A model generated the notes under the pieces. It was given only the letters and a program-made list of their open reading frames with translations. It was not told the DNA's origin and did no database searches. Below, in pieces: positions 1-10,340 of a DNA stretch of 64,000 bases. The position numbers and the translations under genes were made by a program. This stretch comes from Candidatus Obscuribacteraceae bacterium (GTDB lineage: Bacteria > Cyanobacteriota > Vampirovibrionia > Obscuribacterales > Obscuribacteraceae): positions 480,001 to 544,000 of the forward strand of contig JBGAHS010000005.1 of assembly GCA_044226015.1 (NCBI GenBank), in the 5' to 3' direction. Each line of letters starts with the position of its first letter. The stretch's first letter is position 1.

Positions 1-207
1 GAATTTCCGAATCCGATTGAGCACCCTATTGCTACTGCCTTTTTTGGACCTGGGATTGCTTTTGTGAAAGCCTATGAAGGTATCAAGCACATGTTTAAAG
101 ATGATGCTTCCATCAGAATCAAAGACGGAATGGCTATTTATAAAACATCCTACTGGTACGATGTTCAAGATGGTTCCAACCAGGTTAAGGTCAGGCTCGC
201 AAAATAG
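1..207 (+). CDS. 3' end of a hypothetical protein (partial, starts before window)
   Basis: Frame 1 is open from base 1 (EFPNPIEHPIATAFFGPG...VKVRLAK) to TAG at 205-207, followed by a terminator-like hairpin. Confidence 0.6.
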   Translation, partial: EFPNPIEHPIATAFFGPGIAFVKAYEGIKHMFKDDASIRIKDGMAIYKTSYWYDVQDGSNQVKVRLAK

Positions 208-266
208 CTGAATCTTTGGAAGATTCTGTAGATCTTCAATCTGATTCGCTCTGATCATGAACTGAG

Positions 267-298
267 AAAGCTCGGGTTATATTGACTCGGGCTTTTAT
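267..298 (+). terminator. Probable intrinsic terminator
   Basis: AAAGCTCGGGTT-atatt-GACTCGGGCTTT stem (with G-U pairs) followed by T-rich sequence, downstream of the partial CDS. Confidence 0.6.
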
Positions 299-348
299 CT
301 TGATTAGAGCGGTTAGATTAGGACATTCAAAACGGCTCGGAAGCCAAA

Positions 349-1974
349 GTGTGTTTAACTAATAGCACTTTCCCGGAGCCTACCTTGAAAACTATTTCAG
401 AACACTTGTCGAAGTTAAAGCTATTGTCCTCAGCGTTGGCTGTGAGTGTTTGTGTTACCAGTTTTTTTTCTGGTTCAGTCATCGCACAACCATATCAGCA
501 AGACTCGTCTCAGAGTGACTCGATGAACGACAATGATGAAGATATGAGCGACGATGTTGATCGAAACGGAAATTCATCTGCACAGCGATTCAATGAGTGG
601 CAGCCAGGTCAATTTCGTCCAGAGCCAGAGGTATTGCGGAGGGCTGTACAAAACGAAGCTGGTGGAGGAAATGGTGACTCTGTGCCAATGAACGGAGGCG
701 GCGAATTTCGACAGAGAAGAAATGAAGAAATGAATGGTGCTGCTCCTGCTTTTGAACGAGGCGGAATGAATGGACCACGTCCTAATAGCATTGGTATTAA
801 TCAAGAGCGCTCACCGGGAAATGGAGCCGCTGAGCAAGGTGGTCCAGTTTCTAACCAGGGTCCTCGTCTGCATGATGTTGATGCAATTATTACTAATGCG
901 ATGCAACAGTATGCTGTGCCTGGAGCTTCGATCGCGATAGCCTACCAGGGACGCCTCGTTTATGTAAAAGCTTATGGCGTTGCTAACATTCGCACTAACG
1001 AACCGGTCTCAGAAAGCACCTTCTTCAATTTGGGAAGCTGTACAAAAGCGGTTTCAATGTTTGGCACTCTGCGCTTGCAAGAGCAGGGCAAGCTGAATTT
1101 AGATGATACCGTCTACAATGTCATTGGTCAGCCGCCTCTACCACGGCGGCAGTGTGACCCTCGTGTTTTCCAGATTACAGTTCGCCAGCTTTTGCATCAC
1201 TCTGGTGGATGGAATGACGATTCTGGATTCATAAAAGCAGGTAAGGAAGTTCGTAGAATTGCTCCGAATGGAATGCCGTACAAAGAGGCTGTGCGAGTCT
1301 TGTTTATGACTCCGCTAGATTATGCTCCGGGCACTCAAGCTAAATATGCTAATGGACAGTGGAATCTGATTAAGTACGTGATCGCTTGTGCGGCACAAAT
1401 GCCTTATCGTGAGTACATGCGGGCTCAACTGGCAAGCATTGGTATAACGGATATGCACAACGAGTCAGAGGGTCATGTTGACGGAGAGGCTACGCGTTAT
1501 ACAGGCAACCCTCCAAAGGTTTACCCCAGCGGACAGAGAAACGTTCCTCTGGAGCCTGCTTTTGGTAACTGGATGGCTACGTCCGTTGATATGGTGAAAT
1601 TCATGACGGCGCTTGATGGCTCACGAATTCAGGGGATTTCTCGCGAGTCGTATCAGCAAATGATTGCGCCTTTGCCACCGCCAATGGTGAATGAAAAGGA
1701 CGGAAGCCATTTTGGACTTGGAATGGATATTGTTCGCGAAACTGACAAAGGGACGTTCTTCTCTAAGAATGGTGCTAAGCCCGGTGTACATTGCCAGATT
1801 GTGCACCTCCCTATCGGAGTTGATTTTTGCATCATGATGAATGGAGGGGGTCAAGCTGCTGACGGAAGCAATATCAACCCAATGCCAATCGGAAAGATTG
1901 CAATACTTATGAACTCAATTCAAGAATGGCCAGATCGAGATCTCTTTCCGCGCTTTCAGGATGCTGCGCGCTGA
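349..1974 (+). CDS. Secreted serine hydrolase, beta-lactamase class C/AmpC-like family, with long low-complexity N-terminal extension
   Basis: VPGASIAI, FNLGSCTK (SxxK), ITVRQLLHHSGG, PGTQAKYAN (YxN); hydrophobic signal segment then ~120 aa D/N/G/R-rich region. Start codon uncertain. Confidence 0.85.
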   Translation: MCLTNSTFPEPTLKTISEHLSKLKLLSSALAVSVCVTSFFSGSVIAQPYQQDSSQSDSMNDNDEDMSDDVDRNGNSSAQRFNEWQPGQFRPEPEVLRRAVQNEAGGGNGDSVPMNGGGEFRQRRNEEMNGAAPAFERGGMNGPRPNSIGINQERSPGNGAAEQGGPVSNQGPRLHDVDAIITNAMQQYAVPGASIAIAYQGRLVYVKAYGVANIRTNEPVSESTFFNLGSCTKAVSMFGTLRLQEQGKLNLDDTVYNVIGQPPLPRRQCDPRVFQITVRQLLHHSGGWNDDSGFIKAGKEVRRIAPNGMPYKEAVRVLFMTPLDYAPGTQAKYANGQWNLIKYVIACAAQMPYREYMRAQLASIGITDMHNESEGHVDGEATRYTGNPPKVYPSGQRNVPLEPAFGNWMATSVDMVKFMTALDGSRIQGISRESYQQMIAPLPPPMVNEKDGSHFGLGMDIVRETDKGTFFSKNGAKPGVHCQIVHLPIGVDFCIMMNGGGQAADGSNINPMPIGKIAILMNSIQEWPDRDLFPRFQDAAR

Positions 1975-2056
1975 TTGCATATGATTGAAGAACTCATCAG
2001 GGATTTAGAGACTTGGGCGATCGGTGAACCTGGTTGGAAAGACTCTAGGAACTGAT

Positions 2057-2671
2057 CTAACCTACGATTTGGTAGTCTGTTTCAGATTCTTTTATTCTAG
2101 ATGTTGGATTGTAGCCTTTATAGATACTGCCCATTGAAATTGTGAGTTCGCCTTTTGGAAGTGAACGCAGTATTAGCTGATCAGTTCCCAAAAATGTTTC
2201 GGAACTCCATTCCTCTTCCGAAATGCGGAATATGTACTCAACTTGCATACGGTCCTGGTAAACGATTACATATTCGGAAAGAGTGGGAATCTTAAGGTAA
2301 GCAATCTTTTTCTCACGCAGATCAGTAGCCATAGTAGTAGGTGACAGAATTTCAATTAAAAGCGTGGGTTGGCTTTTGTAAACAGACTTAGCTTCAAACG
2401 GCTCACAAGTTACCATAATGTCCGGGTAATAAAAGCAGTTGGTAGCTTCGACTCTTACCTTCATGTCGTTGTGGTAGAGTCGGCATTCCGTGTGCTCCAA
2501 ATGATTTGCGATGGAACGCGCTAAGTTTGAACAAATCAGATTGTGTGCTTCGGTGGCGCCAGACATGGCAAGAATATGACCATTAACATACTCGTGCTTT
2601 TGTGCAGCATTTGATTCGGCCGCGAGATAATCGTTGACAGAACTAAGCTTGAATTGATTCTTTCGTTTCAT
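2057..2671 (-). CDS. Uma2 (DUF820) family endonuclease
   Basis: HEYVNGHILAMSGATEAHNLI, YYPDIMVTC, LLIEILSPTT...D..EK..AY. Start moved to ATG 2671 (MKRKNQF), preceded by a GGAGG RBS. Confidence 0.9.
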   Translation of the reverse strand: MKRKNQFKLSSVNDYLAAESNAAQKHEYVNGHILAMSGATEAHNLICSNLARSIANHLEHTECRLYHNDMKVRVEATNCFYYPDIMVTCEPFEAKSVYKSQPTLLIEILSPTTMATDLREKKIAYLKIPTLSEYVIVYQDRMQVEYIFRISEEEWSSETFLGTDQLILRSLPKGELTISMGSIYKGYNPTSRIKESETDYQIVG

Positions 2672-2854
2672 ATAAGCCTCCGCTTCATTAATTATACGCA
2701 CAAAGCAATCTCGGCGTGTTAAGTACTCTCGAGTGTTACTACGCTTCAAAGTGAATGGATTCACACGTCTGTGCATCTTTTTCGTAAATGACTGGCGGCA
2801 AGTCAGGCGCATCGCATTTGCTAAGGTTGTTTGCTGTAGCTTGTTGGTTCGCGA

Positions 2855-2891
2855 ATAAAAATAAGGAGCGCACCATATTTGGTGCGCTCCT
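2855..2891 (-). terminator. Intrinsic terminator of the aconitase gene
   Basis: Perfect 12-bp stem AGGAGCGCACCA-tatt-TGGTGCGCTCCT (2864-2891) with a T-rich tail on the minus strand, 22 bp after the stop. Confidence 0.85.
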
Positions 2892-2913
2892 CTCTGCTTG
2901 TTTGTTGAATGGA

Positions 2914-5190
2914 CTACTTGCTAAGTACGCCTTCTCTTCTCATGCGAATGAGGTTGAGCGCTGAACCTGCTTTGAACCACTCAATTTGTTCAGCCGTCAT
3001 GCTGTGGTTGAGCATGATGATTTCTTCTTTGCCATCCTCATGCTTTAGCTTCGCTTCGACTTGCTGTCCTGGTGTCAGTTTACTCAAGCCGAGGATGCTC
3101 ACGCGATCCTTCTCTTGAATCTTGGCATAATCATCTGGATTTGCAAATGTGAAAGGCAGAATGCCTTGCTTCTTCAAGTTCGTTTCGTGAATTCTGGCGA
3201 AGCTTCTGACGATAACAGCTTTGCAGCCCAGATAACGAGGCGACATAGCAGCGTGCTCACGGCTAGAACCTTCACCATAGTTCTGGTCGCCAACCGCTAT
3301 CCATCCAATGCCATTGGCTTTGTAGTTGCGAGCAACAGTTGGGTATGCTTCGTATTTTCCAGTGAGAATGTCTAGGCCTTCACCATTCTTGTGTGTGAAT
3401 GCATTGAGGGCACCTGTGAACATGTTGTCGCTGATGCGATCGATATGACCACGGAAACGAAGCCACTTGCCTGCCGGTGAAATGTGGTCTGTTGTGCATT
3501 TGCCTTCTGCCTTCATGAGGACGGCCAGGTCGCTATAGTCTTTTCCATCCCAAGCTTTGAACGGCTCGAGAAGAGCAAGTCTTTCGCTTGTTGGGTTTAC
3601 TTCGATTGTGATTTTGCTGCCGTCTTGAGCTGCAGCAATGAAACCCTCCAGCCTGCTGATGAATCCCTTAGAAGGAATTTCAGGCGCTGGTGCAGGCGGA
3701 GTCAGCATGACTTCACCTTTGTCGGTTTGAATCTTGTCTTTCAGCGGGTTGAATGAGAGTTTGCCGCCGAGCGCAAACGCAATGACGATTTCGGGGCTGG
3801 TGATGAATGACATTGTTTCTGGATTGCCATCATTTCTTGCGCTGAAGTTTCTGTTGAATGAAGAAACGATGGAGTTCTTTTGTCCAACCTGTATGTCATC
3901 ACGCTTCCATTGTCCGATGCATGGTCCACAAGCATTAGCAAGAACAGTTGCGCCGATTTTTTCCAGCGATTGCATCTGCCCATCGCGCTTGATGGTTTCG
4001 TAAATTTGGTCGGAACCAGGTGATACCATTAAACCGACTTTCGATTTGATGCCAGCCTTCGATGCCTGTTCTGCAACATCAGCTGCTCTGCTCATGTCTT
4101 CGTAGGACGAATTTGTGCAGCTGCCGATAAGAGCATAGGTTAGTTCGTCTGGATATCCGTTTTCTTTTACGTCATGAGCCATTTCTGAAATCGGACGCGC
4201 TTTGTCTGGTGTGTGTGGACCAACCACGTGTGGCTCTAGGCTATCGAGGTCTATTTCAATAACCTGGTCGAATATGTGTTGTGCATCCCACTCGATTTCA
4301 GGGTCGCCAACGAGTATGTCCTTATAGTCTTGAGCTAGTTTGGCGATGTCGGCTCTATCGGTTGCCTGCAAATAGCTGACCATTCTGTCGTCGAAGGGGA
4401 ATACTGAAGTGGTTGCACCAAGTTCGGCGCCCATGTTGGTGATGGTGGCTTTGCCTGTGCAGCTAATCGATTTTGTGCCTGGTCCGAAGTATTCTATAAT
4501 CGCTCCGGTGCCACCAGCTACGGTGAGAATACCTGCTAGCTTCAAGATGATGTCTTTAGGAGCGGTCCAGCCTTTGAGGCTTCCGGTGAGATGTACACCG
4601 ATTAACTTCGGCCATTTCAAGCCCCATGGTTCACCAGCCATAACGTCAACTGCATCGGCTCCACCGACGCCGATGGCGAGCATGCCGAGCCCACCAGCGT
4701 TTGGTGTATGCGAGTCTGTGCCGATCATCAATGTGCCTGGGCAAGCATAGTTTTCCAGAACTACCTGGTGGATAATGCCCGAACCTGGCTTCCAGAAGCC
4801 GATGCCGTGTTTGGAACTTGCTGTGCGCAGAAACTCATAAACTTCTTTGTTCTCATCCAGCGCCACTTTCATGTCTTCGCCGGCGCCGCGACGAGCTTGA
4901 ATTAGGTGGTCGCAATGCACTGTCGAAGGCACCGCCACTGTTTTGAAGCCGCCCTGAATGAATTGCAAAAGTGCCATCTGCGCGGTTGCGTCTTGCATCG
5001 CAACTCTGTCAGGCTTAAGCATTACTACGCTTTCGCCCCGCTTTGGCATCTGATTAGGATCGTCAAGGTGAGCGATCAAAATCTTTTCTGCTAAAGCTAA
5101 TGGGCGACCATATTGCTTACGCGCATTTTCGACTCTTTTAGTCGCGGTTTCATACAGTTTCTTGACATCGTCGAGTTTTAGCTGGCTCAT
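2914..5190 (-). CDS. acnA: Aconitate hydratase, mitochondrial-like type
   Basis: [88 protein letters not shown] 5190 has an AGGAG RBS. Confidence 0.95.
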   Translation of the reverse strand: MSQLKLDDVKKLYETATKRVENARKQYGRPLALAEKILIAHLDDPNQMPKRGESVVMLKPDRVAMQDATAQMALLQFIQGGFKTVAVPSTVHCDHLIQARRGAGEDMKVALDENKEVYEFLRTASSKHGIGFWKPGSGIIHQVVLENYACPGTLMIGTDSHTPNAGGLGMLAIGVGGADAVDVMAGEPWGLKWPKLIGVHLTGSLKGWTAPKDIILKLAGILTVAGGTGAIIEYFGPGTKSISCTGKATITNMGAELGATTSVFPFDDRMVSYLQATDRADIAKLAQDYKDILVGDPEIEWDAQHIFDQVIEIDLDSLEPHVVGPHTPDKARPISEMAHDVKENGYPDELTYALIGSCTNSSYEDMSRAADVAEQASKAGIKSKVGLMVSPGSDQIYETIKRDGQMQSLEKIGATVLANACGPCIGQWKRDDIQVGQKNSIVSSFNRNFSARNDGNPETMSFITSPEIVIAFALGGKLSFNPLKDKIQTDKGEVMLTPPAPAPEIPSKGFISRLEGFIAAAQDGSKITIEVNPTSERLALLEPFKAWDGKDYSDLAVLMKAEGKCTTDHISPAGKWLRFRGHIDRISDNMFTGALNAFTHKNGEGLDILTGKYEAYPTVARNYKANGIGWIAVGDQNYGEGSSREHAAMSPRYLGCKAVIVRSFARIHETNLKKQGILPFTFANPDDYAKIQEKDRVSILGLSKLTPGQQVEAKLKHEDGKEEIIMLNHSMTAEQIEWFKAGSALNLIRMRREGVLSK

Positions 5191-5359
5191 TACATGCTCC
5201 TGTTCGTTCACGTACAAAAAATTGTCGCTTAATCTGAAAGGGAAATGGCCAAATTTTCTAATTCTATTTATATGCGGTCAGTTTCTGGCTCATTTTAGTG
5301 TCGAAGTCAAGAAGATCATGGTCGGCCAAGCGAAAATTTTCTTGCGTTGTTCCAATCTT

Positions 5360-6697
5360 TCACTTTTTCTCTGTCAGCTGTGAAAGAAGGTGCTTCAGTC
5401 CTTCTTGCATTACTGCATCTTCTGCGCCAAGTTTGTCTTCGACGCGAATGTCGGGGCTAACTCCCTTGCCTTCTATCCTCTCGCCGTCCAGTTTGATGTC
5501 TACTACTGCCAGGTACAAAATTGCCCTGTTGCCTAGCTTGTTATATTGACCCGCAACCACATAGCCCGCAGTAGTTTCGCCTATCAGTGTGGCGCGCATT
5601 CCTTTCTTGAATCCATGAGCAATCATCTCCTTGCCGCTTCTGACTCCGCCATTGATGAGTACGACTAAGGGCTTGTTGTAGTAGTTGCGGTCAGAGCCAG
5701 AGCCTGTTCTTGAGTGAGTTTGAACGTCTGGATATGCAATGGATGGACGGAAAAATATGTCCATGTCCTCGTAATTCGCTGCACCATAGCCGTCGCGCAG
5801 GTCGAGGATCAAACCGTCGGTGTCCTTTAGAGTTTCGCAAACCGCAGACTGAAGTGTATCGCTTGCGCCTTTGCCGCCGCACCAGAAGTGAACGTATCCT
5901 ATGGCTTTGCCCTGCTGTCGAACAATTTTTGTGCTCTTTTCTGTTGCATTCACATAGCCTTTGAGAAAGTCTTGTTTGACTGGAGTTATCTTAAGATCAA
6001 CTCTTTTGCCATCCCGTTCAATGACTGCAGAGCAGGCTCTGGAAGAAGTGCCAATCCAGTCGGCAAAACTACTATAGTCTCTCCCGTTTAGTGAGATGAG
6101 TTTGTCCCCACGATGAAAACCCGCTTTCTCAGCGGGACTTCCATCGAGCACATATCTGACGAGGTTGTATGGAACATTGTGACCACCGATGCCCAGTCCA
6201 CTGAAATCGGCATCAGTTTCGCCTTCTTTGTGTTTCGGGTTCATCGCCTCAAAGAGGCTTCGCATGAAGAAGAACGTCTCATCGTTCATTGTTAGCATTT
6301 CAGTATGGCTTGTGTGAAACTTCTGGAGAATTCTGTTGATCCGTTCGGCATACTTTCTCAAGTCTGTCTGGGCATTCAGACCATCCTTTGCAGCTGCGAA
6401 CTCAGGTTTCCATATTTCATTTACCGCCTTGAGATCGTAAAAACGCTCTCTCACTAGCTTATCGATGGATGTACTTAGGCTGGCTGCTTCACCGGCTTTG
6501 AGAGTAAACACATTCGTTTGCAAGTTAGAGCTGGCTTTTGGAAAAATAGCCCTATTAGTAATCGCTCTTTTTGCGGCAGCCTTCGGCTCTGCGCTGGCAC
6601 GTTCTGACGGCGCTAAAAACAAGCTTGAGCAAAGTACCAGGCTAATAGCAATTGCAGCGCCTTTCGTTTTCGCTTGCCATGCTCGAATTTTCGCCAT
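5360..6697 (-). CDS. Secreted S41 family peptidase with PDZ domain
   Basis: Signal peptide; PDZ (VLDGSPAEKAGFHRGDKLISLNG); IGYVHF, LILDLRDGYG, KPLVVLINGGVRSGKEMIA, LIGETTAG, IEGKGVSPD. Confidence 0.9.
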   Translation of the reverse strand: MAKIRAWQAKTKGAAIAISLVLCSSLFLAPSERASAEPKAAAKRAITNRAIFPKASSNLQTNVFTLKAGEAASLSTSIDKLVRERFYDLKAVNEIWKPEFAAAKDGLNAQTDLRKYAERINRILQKFHTSHTEMLTMNDETFFFMRSLFEAMNPKHKEGETDADFSGLGIGGHNVPYNLVRYVLDGSPAEKAGFHRGDKLISLNGRDYSSFADWIGTSSRACSAVIERDGKRVDLKITPVKQDFLKGYVNATEKSTKIVRQQGKAIGYVHFWCGGKGASDTLQSAVCETLKDTDGLILDLRDGYGAANYEDMDIFFRPSIAYPDVQTHSRTGSGSDRNYYNKPLVVLINGGVRSGKEMIAHGFKKGMRATLIGETTAGYVVAGQYNKLGNRAILYLAVVDIKLDGERIEGKGVSPDIRVEDKLGAEDAVMQEGLKHLLSQLTEKK

Positions 6698-6958
6698 CTT
6701 TTGCCTTCCTGTCTTCCTGAATTGCTCTGTTTCACGGTGAATTTATCGCTGTGCAACTACGCAAACGAAATTATTTGCTTTAGATGCACCATAGGATCCA
6801 CCGCCATAGCTCTGTCTGAGGAACAGAGATTTTGTCGCCTAGTCTAGCAATTATTCGAGCTGATGTCTGAACTGGAAAGTCGGATTAAATTCCGATATCA
6901 CAGGACACTTTGGGACTTATTTGGTAAGCTATGACCTGACTGAGTGGCTGGTAAAAAT

Positions 6959-8383
6959 ATGTCTAAACGCAATCCCTGGATTTACATTCCGACTCTGTAT
7001 TTTGCAGAAGGGCTTCCCTATACGGCAGTGATGCTGATGTCGGTGGTTTATTTTAAGGACATAGGCATCGACAACAAGCTGATTGGGCTTACTAGCGCCC
7101 TTCAGTTTCCCTGGATTTTTAAATTCGTTTGGGCGCCCTTAATCGATTTCTTCGGTTTCAAAAAGAAGTGGATTGTGGTGGCGCAGATGGTGCTTGGCGT
7201 GTTTTTCGCTTTGCTTGGCGCAACCACAATGGCACCAGACCCATTCAAAACAGGCGTCATCGTGATGGCTATTCTGGCGTTCGCTTCAGCCACTCATGAT
7301 GCTGCAATAGATGGTTATTATATGGAGGCTTTAGACAAGCCTAAGCAAGCACTGTTTGTCGGTGTTCGCAACACTGCTTTTCGTCTTTCGATGATTTTTG
7401 GAACCGGTGGCATGGTTTACTTGGCTGGGCATCTATCCAAGGAAATGGGCAAGAACATGGCATGGATGGTGGCATTTGAAATTATCGCTGCTGTTATGCT
7501 TCTTGCATTTGTTGTACACGCGCTCTATCTCCCTTCAAAGGAAACAAGGTCGCTTGAACCCGAGGAACTTACTGAAGCTGTTCCATCCAAAGCTGTAGCT
7601 CATGCTGTGGCTGGTGCCAGCTCCGCCGCGAGTGGCTCGACCGGCGGAGCTGACACTATAAGTGGTGCTTCTGGGCGCCCATCAATCTCTTCGGAAAACA
7701 ACGAATCCGACTCTGTCAGTGTCAGCAGCGACCCAGATTCGAAAAACTATTTCAAAGCAATCTTCTCTTACTTTGCACAGCCAGGCATCATAGCTATTGT
7801 CTGCTACATTTTGACATTCAGGCTTGGCGATGCTCTCGTTATGAAAATGATTCCGCCATTTCTTCAAGACCCTTCCGCAAAAGGTGGGCTGGGTCTATCT
7901 GTAGAAGAAGTAGGCACCATCTATGGCACAGTAGGTGTTGGTTTCTTGCTTCTTGGCGGAATTGTAGGCGGCTGGTTAGTCAGCAAATTCGGACTCAAGA
8001 AAACCTTCTGGCCGGCAACACTGGTCATGAATGGAACCATCCTTTTATATTGGGCGCTAGCGATGACACATCCTTCATCCCTCAGCTGGGTCTATGTTGT
8101 CAATTCGCTTGAACAATTCGGATACGGTTTTGGTATGGCAGCATACACAGTGTTCCTTCTATCGACTGTTGACGAAAAATATCGTTCTGCTCATTACGCT
8201 GTTGCTACGGCTATGATGGCGTTAGGACTGATGTTGCCGGGTATGGCAAGCGGTTACATTTACGAGGCCGTTGGTTACGCAAACTTCTTTCTTCTAAGCT
8301 TCGCCCTAACCTTACCTGGTATCATTTCTATCTGTTTTCTTCCTTTGTGGAAAAAAGATAGAACTCAGTTGGTGTCTACTTAA
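6959..8383 (+). CDS. ampG: AmpG-like MFS permease (muropeptide transporter family)
   Basis: LYFAEGLPY, PWIFKFVWAPLID, SATHDAAIDG, ~12 TM segments, Ser/Ala-rich central loop. Confidence 0.8.
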   Translation: MSKRNPWIYIPTLYFAEGLPYTAVMLMSVVYFKDIGIDNKLIGLTSALQFPWIFKFVWAPLIDFFGFKKKWIVVAQMVLGVFFALLGATTMAPDPFKTGVIVMAILAFASATHDAAIDGYYMEALDKPKQALFVGVRNTAFRLSMIFGTGGMVYLAGHLSKEMGKNMAWMVAFEIIAAVMLLAFVVHALYLPSKETRSLEPEELTEAVPSKAVAHAVAGASSAASGSTGGADTISGASGRPSISSENNESDSVSVSSDPDSKNYFKAIFSYFAQPGIIAIVCYILTFRLGDALVMKMIPPFLQDPSAKGGLGLSVEEVGTIYGTVGVGFLLLGGIVGGWLVSKFGLKKTFWPATLVMNGTILLYWALAMTHPSSLSWVYVVNSLEQFGYGFGMAAYTVFLLSTVDEKYRSAHYAVATAMMALGLMLPGMASGYIYEAVGYANFFLLSFALTLPGIISICFLPLWKKDRTQLVST

Positions 8384-8394
8384 GAGGTTGCGAC

Positions 8395-9363
8395 GTGCGA
8401 TATCGAAGAATTGGCAAGTGGGGCGTCAAGGTTAGCGAAATAAGTATTGGAAGCTGGCTTACATACGGCGGTCACGTCGACGAGAACAACTCTGTAGAGC
8501 AGATTCAGTACGCCTACGACAATGGCATCAACTTCATCGATACTGCAAATGTGTATGCGCTAGGCAAGTCGGAAGAAGTAGTCGGAAAAGCAATCAGCAC
8601 CATTCGTCGAGATTCTCTGGTTCTGGCAACAAAAGTATTTTTTGAAATGGGCAATGGTCCAAATGACCGTGGGCTCTCTCGAAAACACGTGATGGAGCAG
8701 TGCCATGCCAGCCTTCGTCGCATGAAAACAGACTACATCGACCTCTACCAGTGTCATCGTTACGATCCCGGCACACCGATGGAAGAACTGGTTCTCACCA
8801 TGGACATTTTGACTCGCCAGGGCAAAATTCTCTATTGGGGAGTCAGCGAGTGGCCTGCTGACAAAATTATGGAAGCTGTGGAGATTTGCGAAAAGCTCAA
8901 CGCGCCGCCTCCTATATCGAATCAACCTTGCTACAACATGTTTGCAAGAAACATCGAGCCTGCAATCATTCCAGTGTCTGACAAGTTTGGAATAGGTCAG
9001 GTGGTCTATTCGCCGCTGGCGCAGGGCGCTTTGACAGGCAAGTATAAGCCCGGTCAACCGCACCCAGAGGGCAGCAGAGCTATGCGTGAAAAAGAAGGCT
9101 ACTGGTTGCGCGGCGATTTGTTATCGGATGAAACGCTTGAAAAGGTTCTTGCGCTGAGCAAAATCGCTGAAGAGCTGAATGTTTCAATGTCAATTCTTGC
9201 CCTTGCATGGTGTTTGCGCCTGCAAAGTGTCTCAAGTGTGATCATCGGCGCGACGAGTACCAAACAGATTGATGAAAACGTGAAAGCCAGTGGAGTTAAC
9301 ATTCCTCAGCCCATGCTCGAGAGAATTGAAAAGATTCTCAGCGGAGTACCTTTGCGGCAGTAA
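8395..9363 (+). CDS. Aldo/keto reductase (Kv-beta-like subfamily)
   Basis: VSEISIGSWLTYG, FIDTANVY, LATKV, GLSRKHV, DLYQCHRYD, YWGVSEW, YSPLAQGALTGKY; GTG start after a GAGG RBS. Confidence 0.92.
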   Translation: MRYRRIGKWGVKVSEISIGSWLTYGGHVDENNSVEQIQYAYDNGINFIDTANVYALGKSEEVVGKAISTIRRDSLVLATKVFFEMGNGPNDRGLSRKHVMEQCHASLRRMKTDYIDLYQCHRYDPGTPMEELVLTMDILTRQGKILYWGVSEWPADKIMEAVEICEKLNAPPPISNQPCYNMFARNIEPAIIPVSDKFGIGQVVYSPLAQGALTGKYKPGQPHPEGSRAMREKEGYWLRGDLLSDETLEKVLALSKIAEELNVSMSILALAWCLRLQSVSSVIIGATSTKQIDENVKASGVNIPQPMLERIEKILSGVPLRQ

Positions 9364-9443
9364 TTGGGCACAAAAGGACGTTGCCCAAAGTCTGATCGTA
9401 TATCATTAGGTAAGGTACAGGTCTGACGACCGGGAGAACTTAT

Positions 9444-10340
9444 ATGTTCAAGACTCAGAGGGTAGCTCTGGCGTTTGTCGCCGCGCTTTCAATTCTTTTG
9501 CCTCTGGCAAACCAGGCATATGCTGGCAAAAACGAGGGCTCTAAAGTGGAAGCAACGGAGAAGAACACAGAATCTAACGGTCAAACAGCGCGTTTCGGGT
9601 CAATGCCTGCTACGACTAATACCGTGGTGGTGGTTTCGGAGAGTGCCCGGGTTGTGGTCAAACGAAGCGCTGACGCCAGTGAAATTGTTTTATCAAGTAA
9701 CTGTCCCAGAAACTGGGCGCTGAAAGGTAACCAGGTTAGGCAGGCAGGCTTTTCTGGTGAACCCAAGAAAGGTACTGCGTTATTAGCTGATGGATTGGGG
9801 AGTCGGGCGATCGCAGGCGGTAAGGTCTATGTGTTTCCGCCTGGACCAATGAAGGGACTGAGCATGGGTCCTGATGGCGTTAAGGTCGGCGGGCAGCCGA
9901 TTGAACCGCTTAAAGGTTCAGACATTCCCTGCAATTGCAGTGGCGATGATTTGCTTGAAATAACCGTTCCAACAACTTTTATTGGTGATTTGAAAATCGG
10001 CGGCGCCGGTAAGTCCAAAATCGAAGTGGACACTTGGAAAGAAGGCGGCTTCGAGTGCATGATGTTCGGCGAGACTTCGTTGCAGGCAGGCAAACTCGAG
10101 TCATCTAAACTTGCTTTCGACAACCGCGGCAAGGGCGGTGCGACCATAGGCGAAGTGGATGCCAAAGTTTTCGTTGCCAATGTTCAAGGCGAAAACGCTG
10201 GTTCTATCATTGTTAAGAAGGGAAAAGCTGAAATCAGCAATGCTACAGTGCAAGGCAATGGTACTATTGAACTCCACGGCGATTTCAAACAGCTGAAAAA
10301 AGCTGTGGATGGAACTGGAAAGATTGAGGTCAAACCATAG
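9444..10340 (+). CDS. Secreted hypothetical protein with GIN/DUF2807-like beta-strand repeats at the C-terminus
   Basis: Signal peptide ending AYA; ITVP motif then repeating GxGxI/VxGxG strands (GKGGATIG, VQGNGTIEL, VDGTGKIEV). GGGAG RBS. Confidence 0.55.
   Translation: MFKTQRVALAFVAALSILLPLANQAYAGKNEGSKVEATEKNTESNGQTARFGSMPATTNTVVVVSESARVVVKRSADASEIVLSSNCPRNWALKGNQVRQAGFSGEPKKGTALLADGLGSRAIAGGKVYVFPPGPMKGLSMGPDGVKVGGQPIEPLKGSDIPCNCSGDDLLEITVPTTFIGDLKIGGAGKSKIEVDTWKEGGFECMMFGETSLQAGKLESSKLAFDNRGKGGATIGEVDAKVFVANVQGENAGSIIVKKGKAEISNATVQGNGTIELHGDFKQLKKAVDGTGKIEVKP

Noticed and set aside
2057..2671. Uma2 nuclease as a defence or mobile element
   Set aside because: It is a common multi-copy family in cyanobacteria and relatives, with no methylase, transposase ends or partner genes beside it.
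9807..9814. HIP1 octamer GCGATCGC
   Set aside because: Isolated occurrence by eye, not the dense distribution typical of HIP1-rich cyanobacteria.
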